NCBI RefSeq assembly: GCF_006345805.1
Contig: NC_042999.1
Location: 35,278,001-35,342,000 of the forward strand
Length of the DNA stretch: 64,000 nucleotides
DNA from: Octopus sinensis
Taxonomy: Eukaryota
Direction: 5' to 3'
Shown one piece after another: positions 40,915 through 54,799 of this stretch. Every line of letters begins with the position of its first letter. Position 1 is the first letter of the stretch. The notes below the pieces were generated by a model. The model was given only the letters and a program-made list of their open reading frames with translations. It was not told the origin of the DNA and searched no databases. The position numbers and the translations under genes are program-made.

Positions 40915-40927
40915 ATAAGAGAGAGAG

Positions 40928-41700
40928 ACTATTTTGAATGCCTCTACAGATGAAACTACTACAAGAATTTTAGAACAATTCCAACCACTACTGCTACAAC
41001 CGCAACAGGTCACTTTTAGGTCATGTTCAACGTTGGATGGTAATTAAAAAGTGTGTCCATATATCTCATGTTTGGATGTGGGGTTTTAGTGGGCCGTCGT
41101 TGATAATTATTTCGTGTAGTATGGGTATGTTGTGTGTGGTGGTTAAGTGGATTGTTGGGATAAAAGTTATGTTGGTATCTCCTTATGGGGGAGATTGTAA
41201 TGTCTACCCTGCTGGTAGGGATTTCTTATTTGTCTGTTTGATGTTGGAGTACTCCCGATGTTGTTTCGCTGGTGAGTTATGACGTTATGGTTAGAACCTA
41301 TATTATTATTTTTTTTCTTTTTTTGGTAGGAGAGATGGTTCCGTTTTTTAGATAGGTACAAACCAGAATTTGAGTTTTGCTTTGATTTTCTTATTTCTAG
41401 GAAAGGCTGTCTGGAAGCGTATTTTGTTTGAAAGGTAGTTTCATAGTTTTTGATGACCTAAAAGTGATCTATTGTGGTGGTAGCGGTAGTGGTTTGAACT
41501 GTTCTAAATTCTTATAGTAGTTTCATCTGTGGAGGCATTCAAAATAGGTTCAGATTTTGTGATAAAGTATGCTTCTTTGCTCATGTGCTGATTATAGGTT
41601 GCATTGACCCTGAATTTATAACGGGGGAAAATTCTAAACTTGGGATGTTCGTTAGTGGCGCAAATATCGATGTGCTCGCTTAATCTTCTTTTTCTGTATT
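40928..41700 (-). mobile_element. PLE 3' remnant with inverted segment
   Basis: LSEHIDICATNEHPKFRIFP..KEAYFITK..PILN matches the C-terminus of the 30238 ORF; 40928-41023 is the reverse complement of 41454-41548. Confidence 0.75.
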
Positions 41701-42650
41701 TCTTATTATACACTTGGTTGTAAAAGTCTAAAAGACGGATACAGGTACTAAAATGTACTTCATGATAAAATTATTTTAGCATTTTCTACCTTGTCTTATT
41801 TTCCTTATACATATCAACTCGTGTGTTGCTTTTCTACCTTCTTCATATCATACCCTCACACGAGATACAGAAAATGCCGACAAAAACAGACATAACTACC
41901 ATAAATGAAGAAACACTGAAAGTACTCAAGAAAATCAACACAGACCTCTTAACGTTTTTTTTAACAAATTCGACTCGACACGTGAAACCAATCGAGAGAA
42001 CAATGAGGAAACCGATACGAAAAATACAACTTCCGAAATCGTCGAAAATCTTGGAAACTTAAGCGAAACAATTAGAACACTCTTCTCAAACAACGCGGAC
42101 CGAAGACCTCCGAACGAGGAAGCATATGGGATTAATACACTTACAACATACCAAATGAAACACCACGTAGTACTACAATGGAACAAATCACTCAGAGACA
42201 GAAAGTTTGGCTTTTGGAAGATGATCCAAAACACAACAAAGCAGATATATACGAAAAGTGGCTTAGTCGGACACTGTTAATTCTTCCCCGCAAACTCCAG
42301 ATCAAAGCCATTATAGATGAACCTGAAGCGCAAAGATGCCTTGGGGAAAGAATGGCACTGGAAAAAATGAGGATGGAAATAGAACTTCTAAAATTGAGAG
42401 CTCAGGCGGATGAAGATAAAGTAAAATCCATTGATGAAGAATTCGACCAAGAAATTAACAAAATGACACAAGGCCCCGACCTAGAGAAGATCTCCAAACT
42501 ATCGAAAGAGGATTATGAAAAAGAAGAACTGAAATCCCTCCAGCGCTGGGAAAAAAACCGCCACTTGGTTTTCAAACTACGAAACTATCTTTCAAACACA
42601 GTGCGCTTCTAGTGCTATATACATATATATATATACATATACGCGCGCAC

Positions 42651-42938
42651 TAAGCGATGATGAGAAGTTCTTGGCTTTGGGTAAAAGGAAAATACAGGAG
42701 AATCAATCAATTATGATTTTAATCAATACATTCCCCTCTCAGATTCACACACATATTGCAGCGGTCCTTCAGTTTTTCTAAGCCCTATAAAAGGACTCGG
42801 AAGGTTGAGCCTCCAACCAGGCCTTTCGCGACACCCTTAAAATCACCCTCGTATGTATGTAGACAAGTAGGTAGGTACGAGGGTGATTTTAAGGGTGTCG
42901 CGAAAGGCTTGGCTGGAGATTCAACCTTCCGAGTCCTT
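42651..42938. mobile_element. Mariner-type MITE remnant with fold-back (arms 42791-42853 / 42876-42938)
   Basis: Arms end in CCCTCGTA / TACGAGGG (mariner-like terminus + TA); ~63-bp arms with ~4 mismatches. Confidence 0.6.
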
Positions 42939-43365
42939 CATATATGCATGCATATACGTATACATACATTGTACATATCTCTATTTATGCACATATAAAC
43001 TAATTTCATTCTCTTTCTTATATTTGAGCACGTATATATGTAATCCGCTGATTCTCAAACGTATCGATAGTAAACATTGTTTTGTTTATAAATAAGGAAA
43101 TAGATGTTTCTCTATTCCTGGATAAGACGCAAGTCTCTAATAATCTTTCTGGGGAATCATTGTTACAACGAAAGTAAACTAAAGCTGTATAGAAATACGT
43201 TTTTAAATCACATAACAAATTGTCTTCAACGAGTTTTAAATCATAACACTCGTCTTGCTAACACAGTAACTTTAACCAATTGGGCTTTTCTCTTATTTCT
43301 TTTGTCAAACACACATAAACAGATGGGCATATATGTATACACACACAAAGAATCAAACACACACG

Positions 43366-43417
<52 letters not shown>

Positions 43418-43544
43418 ATATATATATAATATATATATATTATATATATATATATATGCATACGTATATATATATACATGCATATATATGTATACATACA
43501 CATACATATACATATATATATATTATATATATACATATATATAT

Positions 43545-46500
43545 ATAATTAATTAATAAGGGTGAGAGAATTAGATACTAATTTAATAGTATATCCATTC
43601 AACACCAAGTGGCCTAGTGCTCCGAGAAACCTGGATTATTATAATATTTTATAACATATTATAATATTTTTACAAAATAATATAAGAGAGTGGTCACTAT
43701 ATGGCTCACTCTAGCACCAGTTAATCCAAAAGGTTTCAACCACGAAAATACATGTTTCCCATGAAAGTCGTACGATTGTTAGCTCACACGGACAGGGCAA
43801 ATAAAAAATAACAAAAATACAGATTATTTTGGGACAATTGTTTCGCTATTAATGAATTAAATGTAATTTTACTTACAAAAAAAATCCATTTGTAGCTCGT
43901 CAGCCAAAACTATCTGGATGAAATCCACTCAATCACACGCCAGATTTTACCATAACGATAAATACGCGTGTGGTTCAATTGATTACATCCGACGTTATAT
44001 TCAAATGCCCCAACTAACAGCGCGCCAAAACTTTCACGGAAAACAAATACAGCATTTAGAAATAAATGCAGCATAATTATAATTAATTAATAAGGGTGAG
44101 AGAATTAGATACTAATTTAATAGTATATCCATTCAACACCAAGTGGCCTAGTGCTCCGAGAAACCTGGATTATTATAATATTTTATAACATATTATAATA
44201 TTTTTACAAAATAAATATAAGAGAGTGGTCACTATATGGCTCACTCTAGCACCAGTTAATCCAAAAGGTTTCAACCACGGAAATACATGTTTCCCATGAA
44301 AGTCAGTACGATTGTTAGCTCACACGGACAGGGCAAATAAAAAATAACAAAAATACAGATTATTTTGGGACAATTGTTTCGCTATTAATGAATTAAATGT
44401 AATTTTACTTACAAAAAAAATCCATTTGTAGCTCGTCAGCCAAAACTATCTGGATGAAATCCACTCAATCACACGCCAGATTTTACCATAACGATAAATA
44501 CGCGTGTGGTTCAATTGATTACATCCGACGTTATATTCAAATGCCCCAACTAACAGCGCGCCAAAACTTTCACGGAAAACAATACAGCATTTAGAAATAA
44601 ATGCAGCATAATTATAATTAATTAATAAGGGTGAGAAAATTAGATACTAATTTAATAGTATATCCATTCAACACCAAGTGGCCTAGTGCTCCGAGAAACC
44701 TGGATTATTATAATATTTTATAACATATTATAATATTTTTACAAAATAATATAAGAGAGTGGTCGCTATATGGCTCACTCTAGCACCAGTTAATCCAAAA
44801 GGTTTCAACCACGAAAATACATGTTTCCCATGAAATTCAGTACGATTGTTAGCTCACACGGACAGGGCAAATAAAAAATAACAAAAATACAGATTATTTT
44901 GGGACAATTGTTTCGCTATTAATGAATTAAATGTAATTTTACTTACAAAAAAAATCCATTTGTAGCTCGTCAGCCAAAACTATCTGGATGAAATCCACTC
45001 AATCACACGCCAGATTTTACCATAACGATAAATACGCGTGTGGTTCAATTGATTACATCCGACGTTATAATTCAAATGCCCCAACTAACATAATTATAAT
45101 TATGCTGCATTTATTTCTAAATGCTGTATTTGTTTTCCGTGAAAGTTTTGGCGCGCTGTTAGTTGGGGCATTTGAATTATAACGTCGGATGTAATCAATT
45201 GAACCACACGCGTATTTATCGTTATGGTAAAATCTGGCGTGTGATTGAGTGGATTTCATCCAGATAGTTTTGGCTGACGAGCTACAAATGGATTTTTTTT
45301 GTAAGTAAAATTACATTTAATTCATTAATAGCGAAACAATTGTCCCAAAATAATCTGTATTTTTGTTATTTTTTATTTGCCCTGTCCGTGTGAGCTAACA
45401 ATCGTACTGACTTTCATGGGAAACATGTATTTTCGTGGTTGAAACCTTTTGGATTAACTGGTGCTAGAGTGAGCCATATAGTGACCACTCTCTTATATTT
45501 ATTTTGTAAAAATATTATAATATGTTATAAAATATTATAATAATCCAGGTTTCTCGGAGCACTAGGCCACTTGGTGTTGAATGGATATACTATTAAATTA
45601 GTATCTAATTCTCTCACCCTTATTAATTAATTATAATTATGCTGCATTTATTTCTAAATGCTGTATTTGTTTTCCGTGAAAGTTTTGGCGCGCTGTTAGT
45701 TGGGGCATTTGAATTATAACGTCGGATGTAATCAATTGAACCACACGCGTATTTATCGTTATGGTAAAATCTGGCGTGTGATTGAGTGGATTTCATCCAG
45801 ATAGTTTTGGCTGACGAGCTACAAATGGATTTTTTTGTAAGTAAAATTACATTTAATTCATTAATAGCGAAACAATTGTCCCAAAATAATCTGTATTTTT
45901 GTTATTTTTTATTTGCCCTGTCCGTGTGAGCTAACAATCGTACTGACTTTCATGGGAAACATGTATTTTCGTGGTTGAAACCTTTTGGATTAACTGGTGC
46001 TAGAGTGAGCATATAGTGACCACTCTCTTATATTTATTTTGTAAAAATATTATAATATGTTATAAAATATTATAATAATCCAGGTTTCTCGGAGCACTAG
46101 GCCACTTGGTGTTGAATGGATATACTATTAAATTAGTATCTAATTCTCTCACCCTTATTAATTAATTATAATTATGCTGCATTTATTTCTAAATGCTGTA
46201 TTTGTTTTCCGTGAAAGTTTTGGCGCGCTGTTAGTGGGGCATTTGAATTATAACGTCGGATGTAATCAATTGAACCACACGCGTATTTATCGTTATGGTA
46301 AAATCTGGCGTGTGATTGAGTGGATTTCATCCAGATAGTTTTTGGCTGACGAGCTACAAATGGATTTTTTTGTAAGTAAAATTACATTTAATTCATTAAT
46401 AGCGAAACAATTGTCCCAAAATAATCTGTATTTTTGTTATTTTTTATTTGCCCTGTCCGTGTGAGCTAACAATCGTACTGACTTTCATGGGAAACATGTA

Positions 46501-48712
46501 TTTTCGTGGTTGAAACCTTTTGGATTAACTGGTGCTAGAGTGAGCCATATAGTGACCACTCTCTTATATTTATTTTGTAAAAATATTATAATATGTTATA
46601 AAATATTATAATAATCCAGGTTTCTCGGAGCACTAGGCCACTTGGTGTTGAATGGATATACTATTAAATTAGTATCTAATTCTCTCACCCTTATTAATTA
46701 ATTATAATTATGCTGCATTTATTTCTAAATGCTGTATTTGTTTTCCGTGAAAGTTTTGGCGCGCTGTTAGTTGGGGCATTTGAATTATAACGTCGGATGT
46801 AATCAATTGAACCACACGCGTATTTATCGTTATGGTAAAATCTGGCGTGTGATTGAGTGGATTTCATCCAGATAGTTTTGGCTGACGAGCTACAATGGAT
46901 TTTTTTGTAAGTAAAATTACATTTAATTCATTAATAGCGAAACAATTGTCCCAAAAAATCTGTATTTTTGTTATTTTTTATTTGCCCTGTCCGTGTGAGC
47001 TAACATCGTACTGACTTTCATGGGAAACATGTATTTTCGTGGTTGAAACCTTTTGGATTAACTGGTGCTAGAGTGAGCCATATAGTGACCACTCTCTTAT
47101 ATTTATTTTGTAAAAATATTATAATATGTTATAAAATATTATAATAATCCAGGTTTCTCGGAGCACTAGGCCACTTGGTGTTGAATGGATATACTATTAA
47201 TTAGTATCTAATTCTCTCACCCTTATTAATAATTATAATTATGCTGCATTTATTTCTAAATGCTGTATTTGTTTTCCGTGAAAGTTTTGGCGCGCGCTGT
47301 TAGTGGGGCATTTGAATTATAACGTCGGATGTAATCAATTGAACCACACGCGTATTATCGTTATGGTAAAATCTGGCGTGTGATTGAGTGGATTTCATCC
47401 AGATAGTTTTGGCTGACGAGCTACAAATGGATTTTTTTTGTAAGTAAAATTACATTTAATTCATTAATAGCGAAACAATTGTCCCAAAATAATCTGTATT
47501 TTTGTTATTTTTTATTTGCCCTGTCCGTGTGAGCTAACAATCGTACTGACTTTCATGGGAAACATGTATTTTCGTGGTTGAAACCTTTTGGATTAACTGG
47601 TGCTAGAGTGAGCCATATAGTGACCACTCTCTTATATTTATTTTGTAAAAATATTATAATATGTTATAAAATATTATAATAATCCAGGTTTCTCGGAGCA
47701 CTAGGCCACTTGGTGTTGAATGGATATACTATTAAATTAGTATCTAATTCTCTCACCCTTATTAATTAATTATAATTATGCTGCATTTATTTCTAAATGC
47801 TGTATTTGTTTTCCGTGAAAGTTTTGGCGCGCTGTTAGTGGGGCATTTGAATTATAACGTCGGATGTAATCAATTGAACCACACGCGTATTTATCGTTAT
47901 GGTAAAATCTGGCGTGTGATTGAGTGGATTTCATCCAGATAGTTTTTGGCTGACGAGCTACAAATGGATTTTTTTTGTAAGTAAAATTACATTTAATTCA
48001 TTAATAGCGAAACAATTGTCCCAAAATAATCTGTATTTTTGTTATTTTTTATTTGCCCTGTCCGTGTGAGCTAACAATCGTACTGACTTTCATGGGAAAC
48101 ATGTATTTTCGTGGTTGAACCTTTTGGATTAACTGGTGCTAGAGTGAGCCATATAGTGACCACTCTCTTATTTTATTTTGTAAAAATATTATAATATGTT
48201 ATAAAATATTATAATAATCCAGGTTTCTCGGAGCACTAGGCCACTTGGTGTTGAATGGATATACTATTAAATTAGTATCTAATTCTCTCACCCTTATTAA
48301 TTAATTATAATTATGCTGCATTTATTTCTAAATGCTGTATTTGTTTTCCGTGAAAGTTTTGGCGCGCTGTTAGTTGGGGCATTTGAATTATAACGTCGGA
48401 TGTAATCAATTGAACCACACGCGTATTTATCGTTATGGTAAAATCTGGCGTGTGATTGAGTGGATTTCATCCAGATAGTTTTGGCTGACGAGCTACAAAT
48501 GGATTTTTTTTGTAAGTAAAATTACATTTAATTCATTAATAGCGAAACAATTGTCCCAAAATAATCTGTATTTTTGTTATTTTTTATTTGCCCTGTCCGT
48601 GTGAGCTAACAATCGTACTGACTTTCATGGAAACATGTATTTTCGTGGTTGAAACCTTTTGGATTAACTGGTGCTAGAGTGAGCCATATAGTGACCACTC
48701 TCTTATATTTAT
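43545..48712. repeat. Hammerhead-containing ~536-bp tandem array (retrozyme-like): ~3 units sense-minus, then ~7 units sense-plus
   Basis: Near-identical units; inversion junction at ~45090; flanked by (TA)n; one hammerhead per unit. Confidence 0.95.
45261..45357 (+). ncRNA. Minimal type-I hammerhead ribozyme (representative of 10 copies)
   Basis: CAGATAGTTTTGG CTGACGA GCTA..TAGC GAAA CAATTG TC CCAAAATAATCTG; all conserved core positions present, GUC site at 45342-45344. Confidence 0.88.
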
Positions 48713-48713
48713 T

Positions 48714-48753
<40 letters not shown>

Positions 48754-48788
48754 TATGTATATATATACATGCATATATATATACATGC

Positions 48789-48842
<54 letters not shown>

Positions 48843-48860
48843 ATATACATATACATACAT

Positions 48861-48899
<39 letters not shown>

Positions 48900-49142
48900 A
48901 TATATATATATATATATATAATAATATATATATATATATACACACCAGGTTGTGTCTAGAGTTTTTTCAGATGTTCACAGATGATTTTGGCTATTTGTAT
49001 CTCAAAGTTATATCATTAATTTGATAATACTTGTTGCCTGCTCATTGCTGAATTGTTTATATTTTATTTTCATACATAACACACACAAACACACACACAC
49101 GTGCGCGCCCGCGCGCACACACACCACACACACACATATATA

Positions 49143-49204
<62 letters not shown>

Positions 49205-49239
49205 TATATATTTATATATATAGATAGATATATATATAT

Positions 49240-50247
49240 TGGTTGCTTATTCTTTATTTTACGGTTTTGATAATGAGTGGGGGAAAATTGCTGTCAGAGT
49301 CATTTTACGCTGCCTGTGGGTAGAAAGGACTAAGTGCAAAGGCAATGGCAAAAGAAATTAATGATGTGGAAAGCCCAGGAAATATCAACGAACCTGTGGC
49401 ACAAAACTGGTTCAGACGTTTCAAGGACGGTCACGCTAGGCTCGAAAACAAACTAAGTTCAGGGAGGCCTTCGGTTGTGGAAGGTTAGGCCTTGCGTGAA
49501 ATAGCTGAACAACAGCCAAGCACAAGCACTCGTGCATTGTCGGCAGAATTTGGTCCTTCACAAAGCATCATCAATTGAAACTTTCATAAGCTCGACCTTG
49601 TGAACAGACGCTATTGAGAAGCTCCACATGAGCTGACCAATTGTAATCCTAATAAGAGAAATCAGTGGCTTCAGAACCCATGGTCAAGCAAGGGCGGTAC
49701 GAACAGAAGGTCATGTTGTGTGTTTGGGGGAAATTTAAGTGGGAATTTTGAGCTTTCCCAGATGTTCATACTGTAACGCTAACATTTATGCTCAACAGCT
49801 GTAATGAATAAAGGATGCTTTGAAAGCTCGCTACCTGGCATTGGTCAATCAAGGACTCGTACTCCAACAGCATGACAATATCCCCAACACGCACTGCCAA
49901 GGTGACCAAGCGCAAACTTAAGGACCTTCAAGGACTGGAAGTGCTGCCTCAGCCTGCCTAGTGTCCAGGCTTTATATCATCAAATTACTACTTTTTCCAA
50001 GCTATGGCTCATTTTCTGTACGGACAGAAGTTCACCAATGTGAATGAGATTGAAAACAAGTGCAAGGAGCGTTTTGCATCTAAATCAACCAAATGGTATA
50101 AGCGCGGAGTTGAGCTTCGGGCACAACCATGTCAACAGACAATAGAATATGATGAGATATATATTGACGAATAAACATTTTCGTATGTAATTTGTTTGAA
50201 TTATTAATTAAAGCTTGAAATACGAAAACACTTTTGACTCAACCTTA
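49240..50247 (+). mobile_element. Decayed mariner transposon
   Basis: WFRRFKDG..SGRPS, QHDN..HTAK, degenerate YSPDL region. Confidence 0.8.
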
Positions 50248-50313
50248 TACATGTAGGTAGCTAAATAGTTAGACACATAATTCACACACACACATATATA
50301 CATGTGTGTATGT

Positions 50314-50350
<37 letters not shown>

Positions 50351-50359
50351 TATGTATAT

Positions 50360-50438
<79 letters not shown>

Positions 50439-50589
50439 AATATATAATACTTATGTATGTATGTGAACGTGTATATTTATATTGACAGACAGATAGACAT
50501 ACAGACACATACACACACATACATACAGACAGACAGACATAAAGGAAGTCTTTAGGATATCTCACTGGTTCACAAGGAAGCAGAAATAC

Positions 50590-51785
50590 CAAAATTACAC
50601 GCTGTTTCTTTGTGGATGACTTAAAACTTTATGCAAAGAATATGCGTGAGATGAAAAAGAGCCTTGATCTAGTTACAAAAGAATGTAGGGTTGGAGTTTG
50701 GTCAGGATAAATGTTGTTATATGGTTGTGAAAAGGGAGAAAACTATAAACCAGACTAGTAGCATCTCCATCAATGATTTTACTCTTTTCCCTGTATCTGA
50801 TGAGGAATGTTACAGGTATCTGAGGGTGGGTGAAAATATATCTTACAATGGCACCTGTAAGAAAACACGTGTCACGAAAGAATATTACAGCTGAAAGAAA
50901 ATATGGACCTCAGAATTCTCTGCATTCAATAAAATAGTGGCTCACATTTGGGATGCTTGATGAGAGCTGAGTCATTGATGTGAAAACCCGACAAATACTA
51001 ACAAGCACACATAATTTCCACATAAACAGGGACGTAGACCGCCTTTACCTAAAACGAACACAAGGCGGCAGAGGCTTAACATCGATCCAAAATGCCTTTG
51101 AATGTCGTATCATATTCCTTCGGCAACATCTTTTAACCACCAAGTGTCGAAGTGCATCCTTGACTAAGTTTGCATACATGAGGCTGATAATATCATAAGA
51201 CCTGGAAGGCAGCTCCTTGAGCAACAGTCTTTGTCTAATAATCTAGAATACATGCCCAAAGAAGTCGGACGACTCTACGGCAACGTATCATCAGCTGAAA
51301 GGATGAGCCTATATCAGCAGAAGACTATGCATGGATATGTTACTAGAAAGCTCCGTGATGATAGTAACATCGATCATCAAAGCAGTTTATCATGGACCAA
51401 TAGCCGGGTTACTACCTCCCACTTTGAAGGGTATGCGTTTGCAATCCAGGAATAGGAAATAGCAACCAAGTACCTGGTGCACAAAAGGGATAGAGATGCA
51501 AGAAAAGCAGTAAAATGTGGAGACTTTGTGAAGTTCACACTAAAGATATTACCCACATCATAAGCAGTCATCCGAAAATACCATCATGGTATTATCTATC
51601 GATGAGACATGACGTTGTATAATGAAATCCGTCGGAAGGATAATTCCAAGGACAAAGAAATAAGAACCCACAATATGGTAGAAGCCATAGCCCCTCATAA
51701 TAAAAAGGAATACTGGTGGAATGTACAAGTGAAGATCTCAATAAAATGTAAAAGCACAACAGACCTGATATAATGATTTGGGATA
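50590..51785 (+). mobile_element. R4/Dong-like non-LTR retrotransposon fragment (RT C-terminus, CCHC knuckle, restriction-like endonuclease)
   Basis: FVDDLKLYA, GLEFGQDKC, DVDRLYLKRTQGGRGL, ITHIISS, MRHD, HNRPDIMIW. Confidence 0.85.
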
Positions 51786-51796
51786 TATATATATAT

Positions 51797-51955
51797 ACGA
51801 CTGCCTTCTTTTGGGTTTCCGTCTACCAAATCCACTCATAAGGCTTTAGTCGGCGCGAGGCTAGAGAAGACACTTTCCCAAGGTGCCACACAGTTAGACT
51901 GAACAAGGAACCATGTGGTTGAAAAGCAAGCTTTTTACTATACAGCCACGACTGT
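51797..51955 (-). mobile_element. SINE family A 5' half
   Basis: TTTCCGTCTACCAAATCCACTCA..CCAAGGTGCCAC. Confidence 0.75.
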
Positions 51956-54379
51956 GTCTATGTATATATATATATATATATTTATACACACATACACACA
52001 CACACACGCACATGGAGTCCTTGACTCCACTCTTCTGCGTAGCATCTTATGAAAATGTCATTCTCAGTAACCTCGAAACGACCGATAGCTTATACGTAGA
52101 ATTGTGTGGATGGAAACCCTTCGGTTAGAGTGCACCTGTAATTCAAATGTTCAGCCTTGTCACGCACTGTGTGATGTTGATTCTGCCTAACAACTATTTT
52201 GAGGGTATATATGCGCGCCGAACACACGAAGTCGATGAGCAGGTAATTCATTTGTTCGAACTATTGAATCTTTATCATAGACCGATGGAGCCACCTCCCT
52301 ACTTGTGTGTAGATGTGTAAGTGTATGCATGTGTATACGCATGTATGCACGTTTTTCTATCGATTAAGAGAAAACTATATCAAGGTATTTTGTGTATGTC
52401 GAACAGGGCAAAAGTACGCAATACGTTTTGTAGAATACAATTATATTTATTCTGCTGATGCCGTCTGCCATTTCACATTAATAGGATCTGTAAGATGACA
52501 TGGTCTTCTATAATAAAAGGAATGATTTCTTTTTGATTTTTCGTATTGGAGGATCATGTCTTCTAACTAATCGTATTAATGTACGTACAAGTTTACATAA
52601 CAGCAAGTAGCATGAAGAGAACATGTATTTATACGTGTGTATGTGTATGTGTGGTTTATGTATATGCATGCATGTATAGGTGTATGTGTGTGTACACATC
52701 ACACATACATACATATATGTGCGTATATACATATATATACATACACACACATATACATATAAATATATATATATATATATATAAATATGTATGTGTATAT
52801 ACATACATATATATATGTGTGTGTGTGTATTAGTATATGTATGTATACATGCATACAAATTGTAAGTTCCATTGTGGAGAGAATTTTGAATAACCATTTA
52901 CTATTGCAATGTTTTCAGAAGAAAAATTTTAGCTTTAAATTCTCGAACTACAAGTCTTTTACGTAACTTTTTACATGTTTTATGTGCTTAAGGTTACATG
53001 AATAGCCTTTTTGATGCTGCTTCACTTTCAGATATGTGCATATACTCATACTGTGAAGCACCTATTTACGGACAGGGCTTATTTAAAGAGAATCTACTTC
53101 GGAAATTATACACTAAAACTACAAAAGAAAATTATATCTTTCTATTGATTATTAGTTCACGTTAGGTATAATTCCACGGCTCTAGGTAATTATTTGCCAT
53201 TATTCAGGATCAGAAATGCACAACCTACTTCCAATAAAAGGTAAGTAAATTGCTTTGCCATTGCTTGTTTTCGTTTTAAGTTAGGGCGCCATTTTTTCAG
53301 GTTGATTGATACATGTACGGATAATTAATGCGAAAGCTAAGCTAGTCGAATGTTAAGGATCATGTTTCACAATGTGATATCACAAACAGAGTAAACCTGA
53401 TTAATATACGTGGTTAAGTCTCTTCTTAAAATGCAGCATGGAGGAAGAGGCTTAAATTTTTTTTTTTTTTTTCTGATGAAGAAATTCTGTCGAATTTGAC
53501 TGAAAGGTTGCTATTGCGAAGTAAATTCTATTGAAGTCATTTGCCATTTGAATGATAAGTTTAAACAATGACTATTAGATATATCTGCACAAGAGTAAAG
53601 TAGAATGTAACCTCAGTTTTGAAAACTGGCATATCTAAACTGAATACATTAGGGGCCGCATAGAATTAGTTGTAAATTTCTAGCAAAATCAGTGTCCGTA
53701 GTTCAATAGTCGACTAAACCATAGAAGATGACGAAACCATACAAGTTTCTGATTCCTTTTTCTAAATGTAATAAACATAGCGTACTTGTGCTCTGCAAAT
53801 ATATTAGCACACAAATTACGTGCATGAGGAATAAGAAGAAATGGCATCGTTCATATCATTTTTCAAAGCCTCCAAGACTTGTGGAAGGAAGAGTAGAAGT
53901 TGTCTTCAGATTAGACGTGGTCCGAATGCGTTCAACAGAGTCCTCTAAATACACATAGTGGTCATATGTTGGTGTTAAACTAGGTGACGAATTAAGTCTA
54001 CCACCTAAGAACAAGTGTTGTCACTCTAGCAGGTTTTGACACTTTTTCATGTAGCACTTTTTATTTCACCCAAGGCTATTGTAAAAGACACTTGCCAAAG
54101 GTAAGCACGGAATAAAATCAAACCCGAAATTAAGAAACTGGAAAGCAAACTTTTCAATTATACGTCATTCTTATTTAATCACAAAGTTACAGCTTTGTAA
54201 AGGAATTTATACCTTTCTCGGTTTGTGATTTGAGTATTTCTGGCGTATGCGATACGATTTAATTTCAATGGGGAATTGAAACTAGTCAAGGAACATGACT
54301 CGGCAAAAGCTTAATTCTCGTTCCGCACAGCTGTCTACAAAATCAAACATAAACTGCGAAAGCAGTTGTTGTTTGATTT

Positions 54380-54752
54380 TATCTTTTATCTTTCAGGTGT
54401 TCCAGTCATTGAACTGCGGCCATGCTGAGGCACAGTCTTGAAGGGTTTTGTCGAACAAATCGACCCTAGTTCTTACATAAGTCTAGTACTTGTTCTTTTG
54501 CCAAACCACTAAGTTACGGGTACGTAAACAAACCAACACCGGTTTTCAAGAGGTTGAGATGGAGCAAACGCATACACAAAGAAACACACTACATGTGAGA
54601 TTTCACACAGTTTCTGTCAACCAAATTTATTCACAAGGCATTGGTCGGCCCGGGGTTATAGTGGAGGACATTTGTTCAAGGTGCTGCGCAGTGGGACTGA
54701 AATTGAAACCACGTGGTTGCAAAGTGATCTTCTTAACCACGTAGTTATGCCT
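54380..54752 (-). mobile_element. Old diverged SINE family A copy lacking the expanded microsatellite
   Basis: Collinear similarity to the reverse complement of family A. Confidence 0.7.
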
Positions 54753-54799
54753 ATGGTTTTGTTTTTTTTTAATTAATTCATAAAGAAAATTTATAATGA

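Noticed and set aside
44988-45259. Mirror 64-aa ORFs MKSTQSHARF.. on both strands
   Set aside because: By-product of the array inversion; no protein motif
43545-48712. CRISPR-like or coding interpretation of the arrays (also 61643-62917)
   Set aside because: Units are contiguous with no unique spacers, the context is eukaryotic, and there are no cas genes
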